A DNA stretch of 33,964 nt from Octopus bimaculoides (GCF_001194135.2 NC_068986.1:70372075-70406038); one strand, 5' to 3'. Shown: positions 11,850 to 24,174, counted from the stretch's first letter. The notes: generated by a model from the sequence alone, not told the origin. Translations and numbers: made by a program.

Positions 11850-14570
11850 AGTCAGAGGCATGCAAGTGCTACTATGAAAGTCTATTAAATGTAAAGGGTG
11901 CACAGAAGAATGAAAGTTATCCTAACATGGGACCAGCCATTATAGTTGATAAAAGCAATTAAGTAAATGGAAGCAGGAAAAGCCTCTGGGCCTTCAGGAA
12001 TTACTGATACTTAAAATAAATAGTAGTGCAGGATATAGCCTAGTTACCTGCTTAGTCAGTCAGGTTGTAAAGGAAGATGTCATACCAAATGACTAACACA
12101 ACAGCACTATAGTCAACTGCTACAAGAGTAAAGGAGATGCCTTAGATAGAATTACAGTGATATCAAATTGCTTGACTAATTCTTGAAAGTTACAAAGAGT
12201 TATAAGCTCATTTGATTAGAGAAACAATTAGTCTAAATGAAATGCAGTTTGGTTTTGTGTCAGGAAAAAATATTACAGATGCCCTCTTCTGAGTGAGACA
12301 GCAGGTCTTGGCTAAAAGTAAGCCTCTGTACTTAGCATTTGATGACCAAGAGAAAGTTTTGAACAGAGTCCCTCATTCTCTGATCTGGTGGTCACTTAGG
12401 AAGCTAAAGGTAGACAAGTGGCTGGTGAAAGACGCATGCTATGTACAGAGGTGCTGTCAGTAAGATAAGAGTCAATAGACATAGCAATGAATTTAATGTG
12501 CAAGGAGTTCGTCAGGGTTCAGTTCTCAGCTTTCTCCTTTTATCATAGTCCCTCAGGCCATAACAGACGAGTTTAAGACTAGTTTCCCATGGGAACTGCT
12601 AAATACTGATGACCTTGTTCTTATAACTAAATCTGTAATCAAAAGGCCTAAAAATTATCTTAGCAAAGACCAAAATTTTAGTAAGTAGAAAACAGACAGA
12701 AGAAAGGAGTTGGTAGGAATTCTATAGGGCACTTAATGCAAACTGTGGACATACAAAAGGTGTAGTGATAGCACAGGCAGGTTAACAGAGAAAGTAAACA
12801 TTGTGTGCAGCAGATATGCAGGAGCAATAAGTACTAAGAACACAAGAAATAAATTTTCTCAACTGCTCAGAAGGATCCCTATCTACTAACTCGAGGTAGT
12901 AACTTCTGTTATCTAAGTGACCTAATTAGCAGTAAAGGAGGTTGTTCTGAAAGTATAGTTGATAGAATAACTGGTTAGAAAAAATTCAGAAAGCTATTAC
13001 TGCTGTTGTTAAAAAAATGGTTCATTTGCAAAGTGAAGGGCAGATTTTATGACTCTTGTGTATGCACAGCAATACTACATAGCAGTGGGATGTGGGCTCT
13101 AAGTGCAAAGAACATGCAAAGACTAAAAGGAAATGGAGCTAGTATGCTCTATAAGATGTGAAAAATCAGTGTGCATGAATGATAAAGCACAAAATATGTT
13201 GAGACAAAAATAGGGCAAAAAAAGAATTAAATGTTCTGTGCAAGAGAGAAGTTTGTGTTGGTGTGGTCATGTGATAAGAACAGCTGTATAAAGAGGTGCC
13301 AATCATTTAAGGTGGAAACCCAGGAAGACAGAGGTCAAAATGGTGAAAGCTGATCTCAGGACTTAGAACTTCAAGGAGATGACAAACAGAACAACTCACC
13401 CATCTCATAAAAACTGAAACTCTGGAAGCACAATATTTACATACACAATTCGGCCCCACACCTAATTTCCTCACCCTTCCTCTTCACCTCTTCATTCTCT
13501 ATTACTAATCACTAGCCTAACTGCAAGATTTTATTACTGTAATAAAACGAGAGCAGAACTAGATATTTTTTGTCACTTGTTTGTGGTACCAGTTATCTTT
13601 CTCACTATCTGGAACCACTTCACTTGATAACCATCCTTTATTCATCACATTGTCCCTCTTTATTCACAGTTTACTTTGTTCGCTCCACTATCTATGCTAC
13701 CAAATTATCACTCGCTCTTCACTTCCTGTTAACTTACCCATGTCACCATACATCCCTCACTTTCCCAACACACATCTTTCTCTTCAATCATTCTTACAAC
13801 CTACCCAACCATACGCTATCTCCCTTTCACTTATCATTCTCCTGTCTACTGTATTATTACCATCCTGCTGCACTTCTCCCTACATTAGTGCAAATAAGCA
13901 TCTACTCCCCACCAACTTCCCCAAAATTAAACTAATCATTAATCATCCCTCCACTATTTACCACATTCACCTCTATACATTTCCCACTCTCTAGTCATCT
14001 ACTCCCCACTACATTCCATCCAACTCAACTTTTGTTCATCATTCAGTATATTCACAACCCAAAATCATTTTTTACCAGTGTTCTCCATACACTCTTGCTA
14101 CCCCTATCCAGATTTTCTCCCTGTTCTGCAGCGAAGACCTAAGACATCATCACCACCATCCTCATCTTACTTTCCAGTTTCACACCAATTACTCCCACCA
14201 ACTTTTGTATACTGTGAGCAGTCATGTATCTCTTTTACAGCAAGAAACCAGTTCCAGTCATGCACTTACTCTAACTTTTCATTACCTAGTATAAAGCTGC
14301 TTCCCTCTCTAGTGAGTTGATGAGGATTTTAGTCTTGCAAGCTACATAGCAACCTCACTAGTGTTGGTGCAAAAAAAAAAAAAAAAAAAAAAAAAAAACA
14401 TTCAATACCATCTGCAAAGTGGTCGACATTAAGAAGAGCATCCAGGTGAAGAAACGGTTCCAGAGCAGACATTGATCAGAATGCAGTGCTCCTGCCAATT
14501 GGATCCAGTCAAACCATCCAACTCAGGTCAACATGGAAATCAAATATTAAATGATGGTGATGATGAGAGC
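11850..14570 (+). mobile_element. 5'-truncated degraded RTE LINE: RT remnant, long pyrimidine-rich 3' UTR and (ATG)n tail
   Basis: LNEMQFGFVSGK.ITDALF (~12232), PWELLNTDDLVLI (~12586) and RSLCWCGHVIR (~13248), with many stops. CT-rich tract at 13400-14320 and tail ttaaatgatggtgatgatga at ~14550-14570. Confidence 0.85.
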
Positions 14571-14579
14571 ATTAGTGGT

Positions 14580-15130
14580 GAGTGTATGTATGTATATGTA
14601 GGTGGGAGAAGGCACAAACATGAAGTAAAAGGGAGAGCAAAAGAAACGAGGGTGGGGTGATCAAAGTATATGCAAGGATATGGGTGTGAGATGTTACTGC
14701 ATGAAAGAACAGCATGAATAATGGAACAAAAGAGGGGGAAAAGGTGGGAGTTCAAGGACAGGAAAGAAAAGTAAGAAAAGAATGAGTGAAAATTGGAAAA
14801 ACGTAGAATTGAAATACAGATACGAAAATGTTGGTTCTCTAAGAAGAAAAGTGGTGAGGCACATGGAGATGTGTAAAGTGTATAAATAGAAGGAAGAAAA
14901 ATGTGAAAATTGAACAAGAACAGTGAGAAAGAGAGGAAGGAAAAGATAAGAAGTGCTAGCAAAATAGAAAAGTTGAAGGGAAATTAATTAGATACAACAC
15001 TGACATAAGAAAAAATTCTTTCAGTTCTGTGAGAGAAGAAATTTAAAAACCAAACAGAACACTGATAAGTCTGGATAGGTTATACAACAGGTACAAAGTC
15101 CAAGGAGGAAAGAATGTCCATAGTATAGTG
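14580..15130 (-). mobile_element. Purine-rich tract, probably an inverted copy of the RTE 3' UTR
   Basis: Composition mirrors the CT-rich UTR tracts elsewhere. Not aligned base by base. Confidence 0.4.
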
Positions 15131-15308
15131 AGAAACTGACAGTGGTACATGTGTGAGCATGTGTGTGGGTATTTGCTTATATATGTAGATATTAATATGA
15201 TGTGCATGTGTACATAATCATAATTAAATGCCCACTTTTCTATGCTTACATGGGTCAGATAAAATTTCTTGAGGCAGATTTTCTACAGCTGGATGTCCTT
15301 GTTTACAC

Positions 15309-15345
<37 letters not shown>

Positions 15346-15979
15346 AAATTTAAAGTGTGCTGGAAAGCACTGCATGTTATCAGTAACCAACATATCTCTG
15401 GATAGGCTAGTGTACATATCGTGCATTTATAAAATCAGAAAACATAATTGCATTTTAATGCTTTATATAATATGCACATGTTTCCAAAAGCCAATTGTCG
15501 CTTTTATGCAACTTATTAGCCTGCTGCATAAACCACTTGCCTCACTTACTCAGTAATACTGAAGAAGAAACTCAGATTACACAACAGGCCAATCGTCTTG
15601 CATAACAATGACAATCGGCTTGAGAAACCCATACATGTACATAAAATAAAGACATTAATCATATCTGTTTTTATTGAAATATGCATATATGCATCTGTGT
15701 GTGCAATATATAATGTATATGTATACTTATGAAGACATAGGACTAAATACTGACGACTGATCTCAAAATGCTGAGTTTTACTGAGAAGATAAAAGATTGA
15801 TGATTCATTGCGCTTGAGAAAACCCATCTGCCACAGTTAAAGTGATGTTCTAAAATCATTGTTTATGACTATACACTCACTGAGCCCTGCCTCTGCACTG
15901 AATCTGACCCTGTCAAACCTTCCCCACCACATGTATACACTATATATATACATGTAAATGTAGAAACTAAATATAAATG

Positions 15980-16017
<38 letters not shown>

Positions 16018-16345
16018 CATTAAAAGTGAAGTTCAATCTTGCTTGCTTGCAGTGTTACACAGCCAAACTGGCGCATAATGGGAAAAATACTTTGAAAGTA
16101 AAGTGGCCCTGAAAACAAGTTTTGCGTAAATCAGACTAGTAGTTATTGAGATATTCAGGGTTTGGGGGTATAAATACCCAAAACAGTGCATAATGGGAAA
16201 ATACTCCAAAAATAACAACCCTGAAAGGGAAGAAACCTGTCCATTTATGATGGGCAAAATATTTTTAAGTGAAAATGATTTTAAAAATACGGTAAATAAT
16301 TCGTAAAAGACCCATTTGTAACCTCAGTGTGAAATAGTTTTTCTC

Positions 16346-16657
16346 CCTGGGCAAAGTTTAGAGAGCTCTTACCCCTGCTGGCGACAAAGGGACTCTCACT
16401 CAGAGTAAAAGGCAGACTGTATGACGCATGCGTACGAACAACCATGCTACATGGCAGTGAAACATGGGCTGTAACTGCTGAGGACATACGTAAGCTCGCA
16501 AGGAATGAAGCCAGTATGCTCCGTTGGATGTGTAATGTCAATGTGAATACCCGTCAGAGTGTAAGTATCTTGAGAGAAAAGCTGAACATTAGAAGCATCA
16601 GTTGTGGCGTGCAAGAGAGACGATTGCGCTGGTATGGACATGTGGTGAGAATGGAGG
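16346..16657 (+). mobile_element. Young 5'-truncated RTE LINE fragment running into a gap
   Basis: Uninterrupted frame WAKFRELLPLLATKGLSLRVKGRLYDACVRTTMLHGSETW...ERRLRWYGHVVRME, with CpGs retained. Confidence 0.9.
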
Positions 16658-16873
16658 NNNNNNNNNNNNNNNNNNNNNNNNNNNNNNNNNNNNNNNNNNN
16701 NNNNNNNNNNNNNNNNNNNNNNNNNNNNNNNNNNNNNNNNNNNNNNNNNNNNNNNNNNNNNNNNNNNNNNNNNNNNNNNNNNNNNNNNNNNNNNNNNNNN
16801 NNNNNNNNNNNNNNNNNNNNNNNNNNNNNNNNNNNNNNNNNNNNNNNNNNNNNNNNNNNNNNNNNNNNNNNNN

Positions 16874-16914
<41 letters not shown>

Positions 16915-17497
16915 ATATGAAGTAGAAGCAGCCTTAGTGTTGTAGACATTCTTGAACGCACATAATGTATGTGCTTTGCTTGTTCGCATATTGGCTGCAA
17001 TTTGGGGTAATGAAGATGACCTCATCAAAGCACCGGGTGTTAAAACACCTGAAAGTCATAGACAGGCATAATAACTCACCCCAGATCCCATTCAGGTGTA
17101 ATGAACATTGATGCTTCACCATTTTTGTGGCTTAACATCACATACATGAACCAAATCAGAAGCAAACTGAATCACCTGTCCATGACCATATGCAAATAGT
17201 GTAAAAAAACCATTTGTTGGTACACTCTGACAATGCATACATAAGAATAAATTCAAATATATGTTAAGAGGTTTACTTCCCAAATACATGGTTCTGGGCT
17301 TCATCCCACTGCAGGCACCTTGGGCAATTGTCTTCTACCAAAGCCTTGCGAGTGGAGTTCATAAATGGAAACACAAAGAAGTCCATTGTGTGTGTATATG
17401 TCTATGTATGTCTCCCACTACTATTTGATAACTGATGTTGGTTTGTTTATGTTCCCTATAACCTAATGGTTTAGCAACAATAAACATCAGACTTTAA

Positions 17498-18171
17498 CCC
17501 TTTTTTTACCGTATTTCTGTTGACATGCTCTGTGTTTCTTTCAATTAATTTTAAATATAGCAAAGAATTTAGTAAAATAACTTAGTTATCATTAAGCTAG
17601 TGTTTCTTCTTTCTTGCCTTTAACCCTCCAACGCGGAGTATAGGCCACTTATAATTGAATTCCATGTCGCATAATTTTTCGCTTCTGTACTTATACTCTT
17701 CCATGAATGTCCCCCAGGCCTACCCCTCTTTCTATATCCATCCGGATTCCACTGTAAAGCACTTTTCGCTGCATTTGGTGTGTCCTTTCTAATTGTGCTA
17801 CCAATCCACTTCCACTTTCTCTTAAATATTTGCTCCCTAATCGAAACTTGATTCGTTCTTTGCAATAGCTCCATATTGCTTACATGTTCGGGCCATCTGA
17901 TTTTAAGTATACTACACAAGCACCTGTTGATGAATGATTGTATTTGCTTATTTGACTTAACTGCTGTTCGCCANNNNNNNNNNATGATTGTATTTGCTTA
18001 TTTGACTTAACTGCTGTTCGCCATGTCTCAGCCCCATACAATAACACCGCTTTTACATTAGTGTTAAAAATTGTGATTAGGTTTGGTGGAAAATTTCAAT
18101 TCAGAAATTTTGAAAACAAGACATCTGCATTAGAGCCAGTGTCAGTTTCAACCGGGTTGGTATCAAAAGGG
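17498..18171. mobile_element. piggyBac-like MITE containing a nested LINE fragment
   Basis: Termini TTAA|CCCTTTT ... AAAAGGG|TTAA. Confidence 0.75.
17605..18058 (-). mobile_element. RTE LINE 3' fragment of a second family, nested in the MITE
   Basis: NTNVKAVLLYGAETW...ILKIRWPEHVSN.ELLQRTNQ...RKWKWIG...ALQWNPDGYRKRGRP, with an AAG-type tail and a 7-nt duplication TAGTGTT at 17598-17604 and 18059-18065. Confidence 0.85.
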
Positions 18172-18776
18172 TTAAAAAAATTAAGTACTGGGGTTGATCC
18201 GATCAATTAAAACCTTACAAGGTGGTGCTCCAGCATGGCTGCAGTCCAATGACTGAAACAAGTAAAAGATAAAAGATACATACACCCTCTGCATGTTATT
18301 GTTTTAAGAGCCATGTTTCCATAGGTCAGATGAAATTTGTTGAGGCAGATTTTCTAGGACCAGATGCTCTTCCTGTTGCCACTTTCACCTGTTCCCAAGC
18401 AAAGTAATAGTTCCCAATAGCCAGATATTTATCATGAAAGATCGGAAACAAACAATACTGCTTGCAGAACGGTGATGTTTGTTTACAACAATCATATCAT
18501 GTCAAGCCAAGGGTACATACATACACACATATGCAACAAGCTTCTTTCAGTTTCTGTTACCAAATTCACTCACAAGGAACTTGTTGACCTACTCCTACAG
18601 TAAAAGACAAATGTTCAGGTGTTGCAAAGTAACTCTGAACTTGAAACAACAAACTTGGAAAGCACACTTCTTAACCACACAGCCTGTGCACACACTATAT
18701 ACAAGTTACATGGATACATAACATAGTTACATGCATACACACACACACCTTACATATGTGTATGTATATGTGTGTG

Positions 18777-18814
<38 letters not shown>

Positions 18815-19029
18815 GGAGTAAGCACATAAATGTGAAACACAGTGGAAAAAAAAGAGTACTCAAATACCAGAGGTAGAGTAATATGCTTTATTTAAAAGCA
18901 GCAGAAATAAAGTATATATATACACACACACACACATACATACATACATATGTACATAGGAAATAAATTTCTTCAAATGCCTGGTAGGACTCTTAGAGGT
19001 AAGATACAGTATGTTATGTGATCTAATTA

Positions 19030-20280
19030 GCAATGGGGGAAGTTGTGAAAGTATTCTTTCTAGAATAGGATGGAGAAAATTCAAAGAGCTCTTTTCTCTA
19101 TTGGCAACAAAAGACCTCTCAGAGTGAAAGGTCATTGTATGATGCTTGTGCATGAACAACAATGCTGCATGGTAGTGAAACTTGAGCTGTAAAGGCAGAA
19201 CACGTGCAAAAGGCTTGAAAGAAATGAGCCTAGCAGAGCTAGCAGAAACGTTAGCACGCCAGGCGAAATGCTTATCGGTATTTCGTTTGCCGTTACGTTC
19301 TGAGTTCAAAATCCGCCGAGGTCGACCTTGCCTTTCATCCTTTCGGGGGTCGATAAATTAAGTACCAGTTACACACTGGAGTCGATGCAATCGACTTAAT
19401 CCCTTTTGTCTGTCCTTGTTTGTCCCCTCTATGTTTAGCCCCTTGTGGGCAATAAAGAAATAAGAAATGAGCCTAGCATATTCTAAATGTGCAATGTCAG
19501 TGTGCATGTACAATAAAGTGTAAATATGGTGAAATGAAAAACTGAACATAAGGGGCATTAGATATAGTGTGCACTGGCATGATGTGTATGGATGAGGGCA
19601 GCTGTATAAAGTGCTAATCACTAAATGCAGATGGAACCTGTAGAAAAGGTAGACTTAGGAAGAGATGGGATGCAACAGTGAAGAATGACATCCAGATGTT
19701 GAGCCTCACAGAGACTACAAAGGTCCAAGATAATTAGTGATTTACTGTGCTCGACAAGACCCATCCATCTAAGCAAAAATGAGGCCCTAAAGGAAGATCA
19801 TTTATGCTACTATCTCACAACTCACTTTCCTAACACCCACCCTCCCTTCATCCATGCTCACCACTCACTACATTCCATTCTTTCCACTTTCGGAAACCTA
19901 ACTATTCACTTACCCTGTCCACTTATATTCACTTCCTACAACTTGAGGATACAGTTCAATCCATCTTCATTCTTCTCTCTCTCTCTTCCAACAGAGGTAG
20001 CCTCTACAGCAAGACACCAATTTCTCTCCCTTTTTGGCACAAAGCCATCTCCCTCAATACTCCACCCCCCACCACCAAGTTGAGGGATCTAATCTTGCAA
20101 GTTACTTGGTGCCATGTAAAAAGCACCTAGAACACTATATAAAGTGACTGGTGCTAGCAAGAGCATGCAGCTAAGGAAACCATGCCAAAGACAGTGGAGC
20201 ATAGCGCTTGCCAGCTTTTGTCAAACTGCTCAAGCCATGCCAGCATGGAAAATGGATGTTAAACGGTTATGATGATAAAC
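19030..20280 (+). mobile_element. Degraded RTE LINE 3' portion (ORF end, CT-rich UTR, tail), interrupted by a SINE
   Basis: Decayed equivalent of the 16346-16657 coding sequence. CT-rich tract at ~19790-20080 and terminal gcatggaaaatggatgttaaacggttatgatgat. Confidence 0.8.
19236..19461 (+). mobile_element. Full-length young tRNA-derived SINE with 17-nt TSD
   Basis: B-box-like GAGTTCAAAATCC, central gcctttcatcctttcgggggtcgataaattaagtaccag domain, and direct repeat AAGAAATGAGCCTAGCA at 19219-19235 and 19462-19478. Confidence 0.85.
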
Positions 20281-20339
20281 TATACACATATATACATATA
20301 CACACATATATATATATATATATATATACAAAAGTAAAT

Positions 20340-20661
20340 GAGTATATGCATATATACGTACAGGTATGTGCATACCGACATCCACCTGTATGTATAGGTG
20401 CATATCTGGGTACAGGACATTGCAAACAAACGTAGACGAGAACACACGAGCCACATAGAGAACATTCTACTTCATCAGCTACCCACGTTTTAACACCGGC
20501 GTTTCGACGAGCTTCGGGCAGGACGCAACGTTAAAACGGCTCGTCCCATGGATCGCAGATTAAATCTGTATACGCAAATTAAATCTAGCCATGGAGGAAT
20601 GTAGTGGCGGACGAAAAACAAGACAGGAAAACAAACAGAAGGCTTTACGGCCAGACGAGAA
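20340..20661. mobile_element. CpG-rich young repeat, probably a Penelope-like terminus, running into a gap
   Basis: The minus strand carries CTGATGAAG and CGAAACG motifs. The family call is inference. Confidence 0.4.
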
Positions 20662-21317
20662 NNNNNNNNNNNNNNNNNNNNNNNNNNNNNNNNNNNNNNN
20701 NNNNNNNNNNNNNNNNNNNNNNNNNNNNNNNNNNNNNNNNNNNNNNNNNNNNNNNNNNNNNNNNNNNNNNNNNNNNNNNNNNNNNNNNNNNNNNNNNNNN
20801 NNNNNNNNNNNNNNNNNNNNNNNNNNNNNNNNNNNNNNNNNNNNNNNNNNNNNNNNNNNNNNNNNNNNNNNNNNNNNNNNNNNNNNNNNNNNNNNNNNNN
20901 NNNNNNNNNNNNNNNNNNNNNNNNNNNNNNNNNNNNNNNNNNNNNNNNNNNNNNNNNNNNNNNNNNNNNNNNNNNNNNNNNNNNNNNNNNNNNNNNNNNN
21001 NNNNNNNNNNNNNNNNNNNNNNNNNNNNNNNNNNNNNNNNNNNNNNNNNNNNNNNNNNNNNNNNNNNNNNNNNNNNNNNNNNNNNNNNNNNNNNNNNNNN
21101 NNNNNNNNNNNNNNNNNNNNNNNNNNNNNNNNNNNNNNNNNNNNNNNNNNNNNNNNNNNNNNNNNNNNNNNNNNNNNNNNNNNNNNNNNNNNNNNNNNNN
21201 NNNNNNNNNNNNNNNNNNNNNNNNNNNNNNNNNNNNNNNNNNNNNNNNNNNNNNNNNNNNNNNNNNNNNNNNNNNNNNNNNNNNNNNNNNNNNNNNNNNN
21301 NNNNNATATATATATAT

Positions 21318-21374
<57 letters not shown>

Positions 21375-21922
21375 CATAAATATACATATATGGTTTATGA
21401 CTAGAAGGCATCTGGCCATAGAAAATCTGCCTTAAATTCCATCTGATCCATGCATGGAAAAATGGATACTCAATGATAATGTCATTCATATACACCATAT
21501 TTAGTAAGACTAAAATGATCTGTTTTTCATGCTGTCTTACTCAATATTTTATTTACATATCAGATTTTGCATCTTCACTATACACACATAGTCTTCCCAC
21601 TGTGGTCATCACAACTGTATGAATCATTTTTTCAAGTGTCATCTGTATTGTTTTTTGACCTTTGTCTGATGAGGTGAGCGTAAATCATATGCAATATGTT
21701 GTAATGATGGTAATGACAGAATAAATATAATACCAATACCACCATTCTTGAACTTACTGTATTAAACTCTATGACTAACAAATTCTCCCTGGAATTTTAG
21801 TTTGTACAAAATGGTTTGATTTAAAGAAGACTTTCCATTTCTATGCAGAATTAACCAGCATCCACAGGAGTGCTAACTGAGAAAACCACTTGGATTTCTA
21901 AATCCTCTTAATTCTGAAAGAT

Positions 21923-21956
<34 letters not shown>

Positions 21957-22627
21957 ATTAAATTAAAACATAGGGTAAAAAATCAGATATTAATTAATAT
22001 CGATTTATTACCAGGAAGCTAGCACATTTAAAGAATCAGAGAGATTCAGAAAAAATATCTGAGATATTTAGTGGTCATCGTTATATATAAACATATATAT
22101 ACACACACACACAATATATATATATATATATGGTGAATATGTATATAGAGAGACAGGGAGAACTAATAAATTAATCCACAGTAATTAAGAGTTCAATAAC
22201 AAGTTAAACTCCAACACATTATATTGTAGTAAAGCCAAATGACACTAACCTACATATACATACATAATTGGCTAAAACAATCTTTAAGGGAAACATATTT
22301 AACAGAAAAACAAATTTCACATACAGTTCAAATATTATTCAACAGCTGTTTCATTAAGATAAACACCAAGTGTAATTACACAATTGAGATACATAATTTA
22401 AAAGCCATTTACCCAAATCATCAGAAATATCATGGGTAATGTAAACAAGGAAACTATTAATGGTTTAAATACATACACACACATGAATATCATAACTACA
22501 AATATTCCATATAAATAAGAAATATATACACCATACTTCATGCACACAAATACACCATACATCCAAATACAATATATATATATAGATATATACACACACA
22601 CACACACATGTATATACAATATATGTA

Positions 22628-22680
<53 letters not shown>

Positions 22681-22717
22681 CATATATATATACATCATAC
22701 AAATACCCTATATTTGG

Positions 22718-22930
22718 AGGAGCATGGCTTAGTGGTTAAGATTGTGGCTTTGATTCCTAGACCAGACAATGTATTGTATTCTTAAGTAAAAAAACTTCAT
22801 TTCGCATTACTTCAGTCCATTAAGCTGGGAAAAATGAGCAATCCTGCAACAGGCCAGCACCCCATCCAGTAGGGTAAGATTTATATGCTACAAAAACTGG
22901 GAAAACGGCCCTAGGAGTCAATATGATACA
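22718..22930 (+). mobile_element. Degraded tRNA-derived SINE
   Basis: A-box-like TGGCTTAGTGG followed by a SINE-like body. Confidence 0.5.
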
Positions 22931-22959
22931 TGAAGGATATTAACCCTTTATTCTATTAC

Positions 22960-23495
22960 ATTCCCACAATCACTTATTACAGTCACCTCTTCCCCCATCT
23001 CAAAGCATCTCCCTTCACATTCTTATGGAACATCAGCCTCTGAACCACTTATACTTTCCCAATGTTCCCTGTGAGTAGGTCCTGATGCATCTCCAACACC
23101 ATCTATTTTTCTCTTTCTATCGTATTCTCTAACTCTATCCTACCTCTCCTTTCTTTTCCTACTGGGGTAACCTAGCATTTCCTCCATAGTAAGACACCCA
23201 TCTGTATCCCTCTAATATACTTTAAACCTTTCACTTGGAACAAACCAACTTCCACTCCCTCTCCCAGCTGAGGGGTCTTTGTCTCGCAAGTTACTTGGTG
23301 ACCCTGCTGGTGTTAGTACCATGTGTAAAGCACCCACTACACTCTGTAAAGTGCTTCACATTAGGAAGGACAACAAGCCATAGAAACCAAGCCAAAGCAG
23401 ACAATGGAACCTTGTGCAGCTCTCCAGGTCCTGTTTGACCATCAAAATTATGCCAGCATGGAGGACAGACATTAAATGATCATGACGATGATGAT
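22960..23495 (+). mobile_element. RTE 3' UTR fragment with (ATG)n tail
   Basis: CT-rich tract, then the conserved terminal block shared with 14325-14570 and 20080-20280, ending gacattaaatgatcatgacgatgatga. Confidence 0.75.
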
Positions 23496-23677
23496 ATATA
23501 TATAAATAGAGAGAGAGGTTATGGTATCAATGAGACCCAAAGGTGTCAGGTAAGTGCTATGGATAGACCATAGTTAAGCTCCAGGTTCGGTGATTATGCG
23601 AATTTGGTTTTTTATCTCATTACAAAAAATAATTTTTTTTATATACATACATATATATACACACACACACACATATT

Positions 23678-23752
<75 letters not shown>

Positions 23753-23777
23753 CATACATACATCTCATATTTATTTT

Positions 23778-24012
23778 ATACATATTTCTATTCCTTGCTT
23801 CAGTCATTTGACTGCAGCCATGCTGGAGCACTGCCTTAAAGGGTTTTAGTCATTTGACAACCGGTGATGGTGTGTTTATGAGCCTATAACTTATCAGTTT
23901 GGTAAAAGAGACCAACAGAATAAGTCCCAGGCTTTGGGGCCGATTCATTCAGGTAAAAAATGTTCAATGCAGTGCCCCAGCATAGCCCCAGTCTAATGAT
24001 TGAAACATGTCA
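23778..24012. mobile_element. Two SINE 3' fragments in opposite orientation (minus ~23778-23850, plus ~23851-24012)
   Basis: Both match the 3' block of the SINE at 18176-18278. Confidence 0.65.
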
Positions 24013-24019
24013 AATATAA

Positions 24020-24025
24020 ACTACA

Positions 24026-24115
<90 letters not shown>

Positions 24116-24125
24116 NNNNNNNNNN

Positions 24126-24174
<49 letters not shown>

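Larger units (their letters stand above)
17262..18278 (+). mobile_element. tRNA-derived SINE with CORE-like accttgggcaa box, split into 17262-17493 and 18176-18278 by a MITE
   Basis: Head and body lie left of the insert; the 3' part (aagtactggggttgat...ggtgctccagcatggctgcagtccaatgactgaaacaagtaaaagataaaagata) lies right of it. Confidence 0.75.

Noticed and set aside
15727-15895. C/D-box snoRNA-like motifs (TGATGA/ATGAAGA ... CTGA) and a repeated gcttgagaaa(a)cccat
   Set aside because: They lie on the strand opposite the host gene, lack a convincing terminal stem, and I recognise no rRNA guide. An Infernal/snoscan search would settle it.
17934-18023. Exact 40-nt direct repeat on both sides of a 10-N gap
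   Set aside because: Typical unmerged contig overlap; a single copy restores the RTE reading frame.
20490-21498. Long ORFs across N runs (also 16447-17028 and 30513-31370)
   Set aside because: Their length comes from gap X residues. Only the flanking TE-derived parts are meaningful.
21758-21876. 119-nt pseudo-exon on the gene strand (ggttttctcAG ... ACA|GTAAGT) with an immediate stop
   Set aside because: Short pyrimidine tract and no clear branch site; expected by chance in an intron this long.
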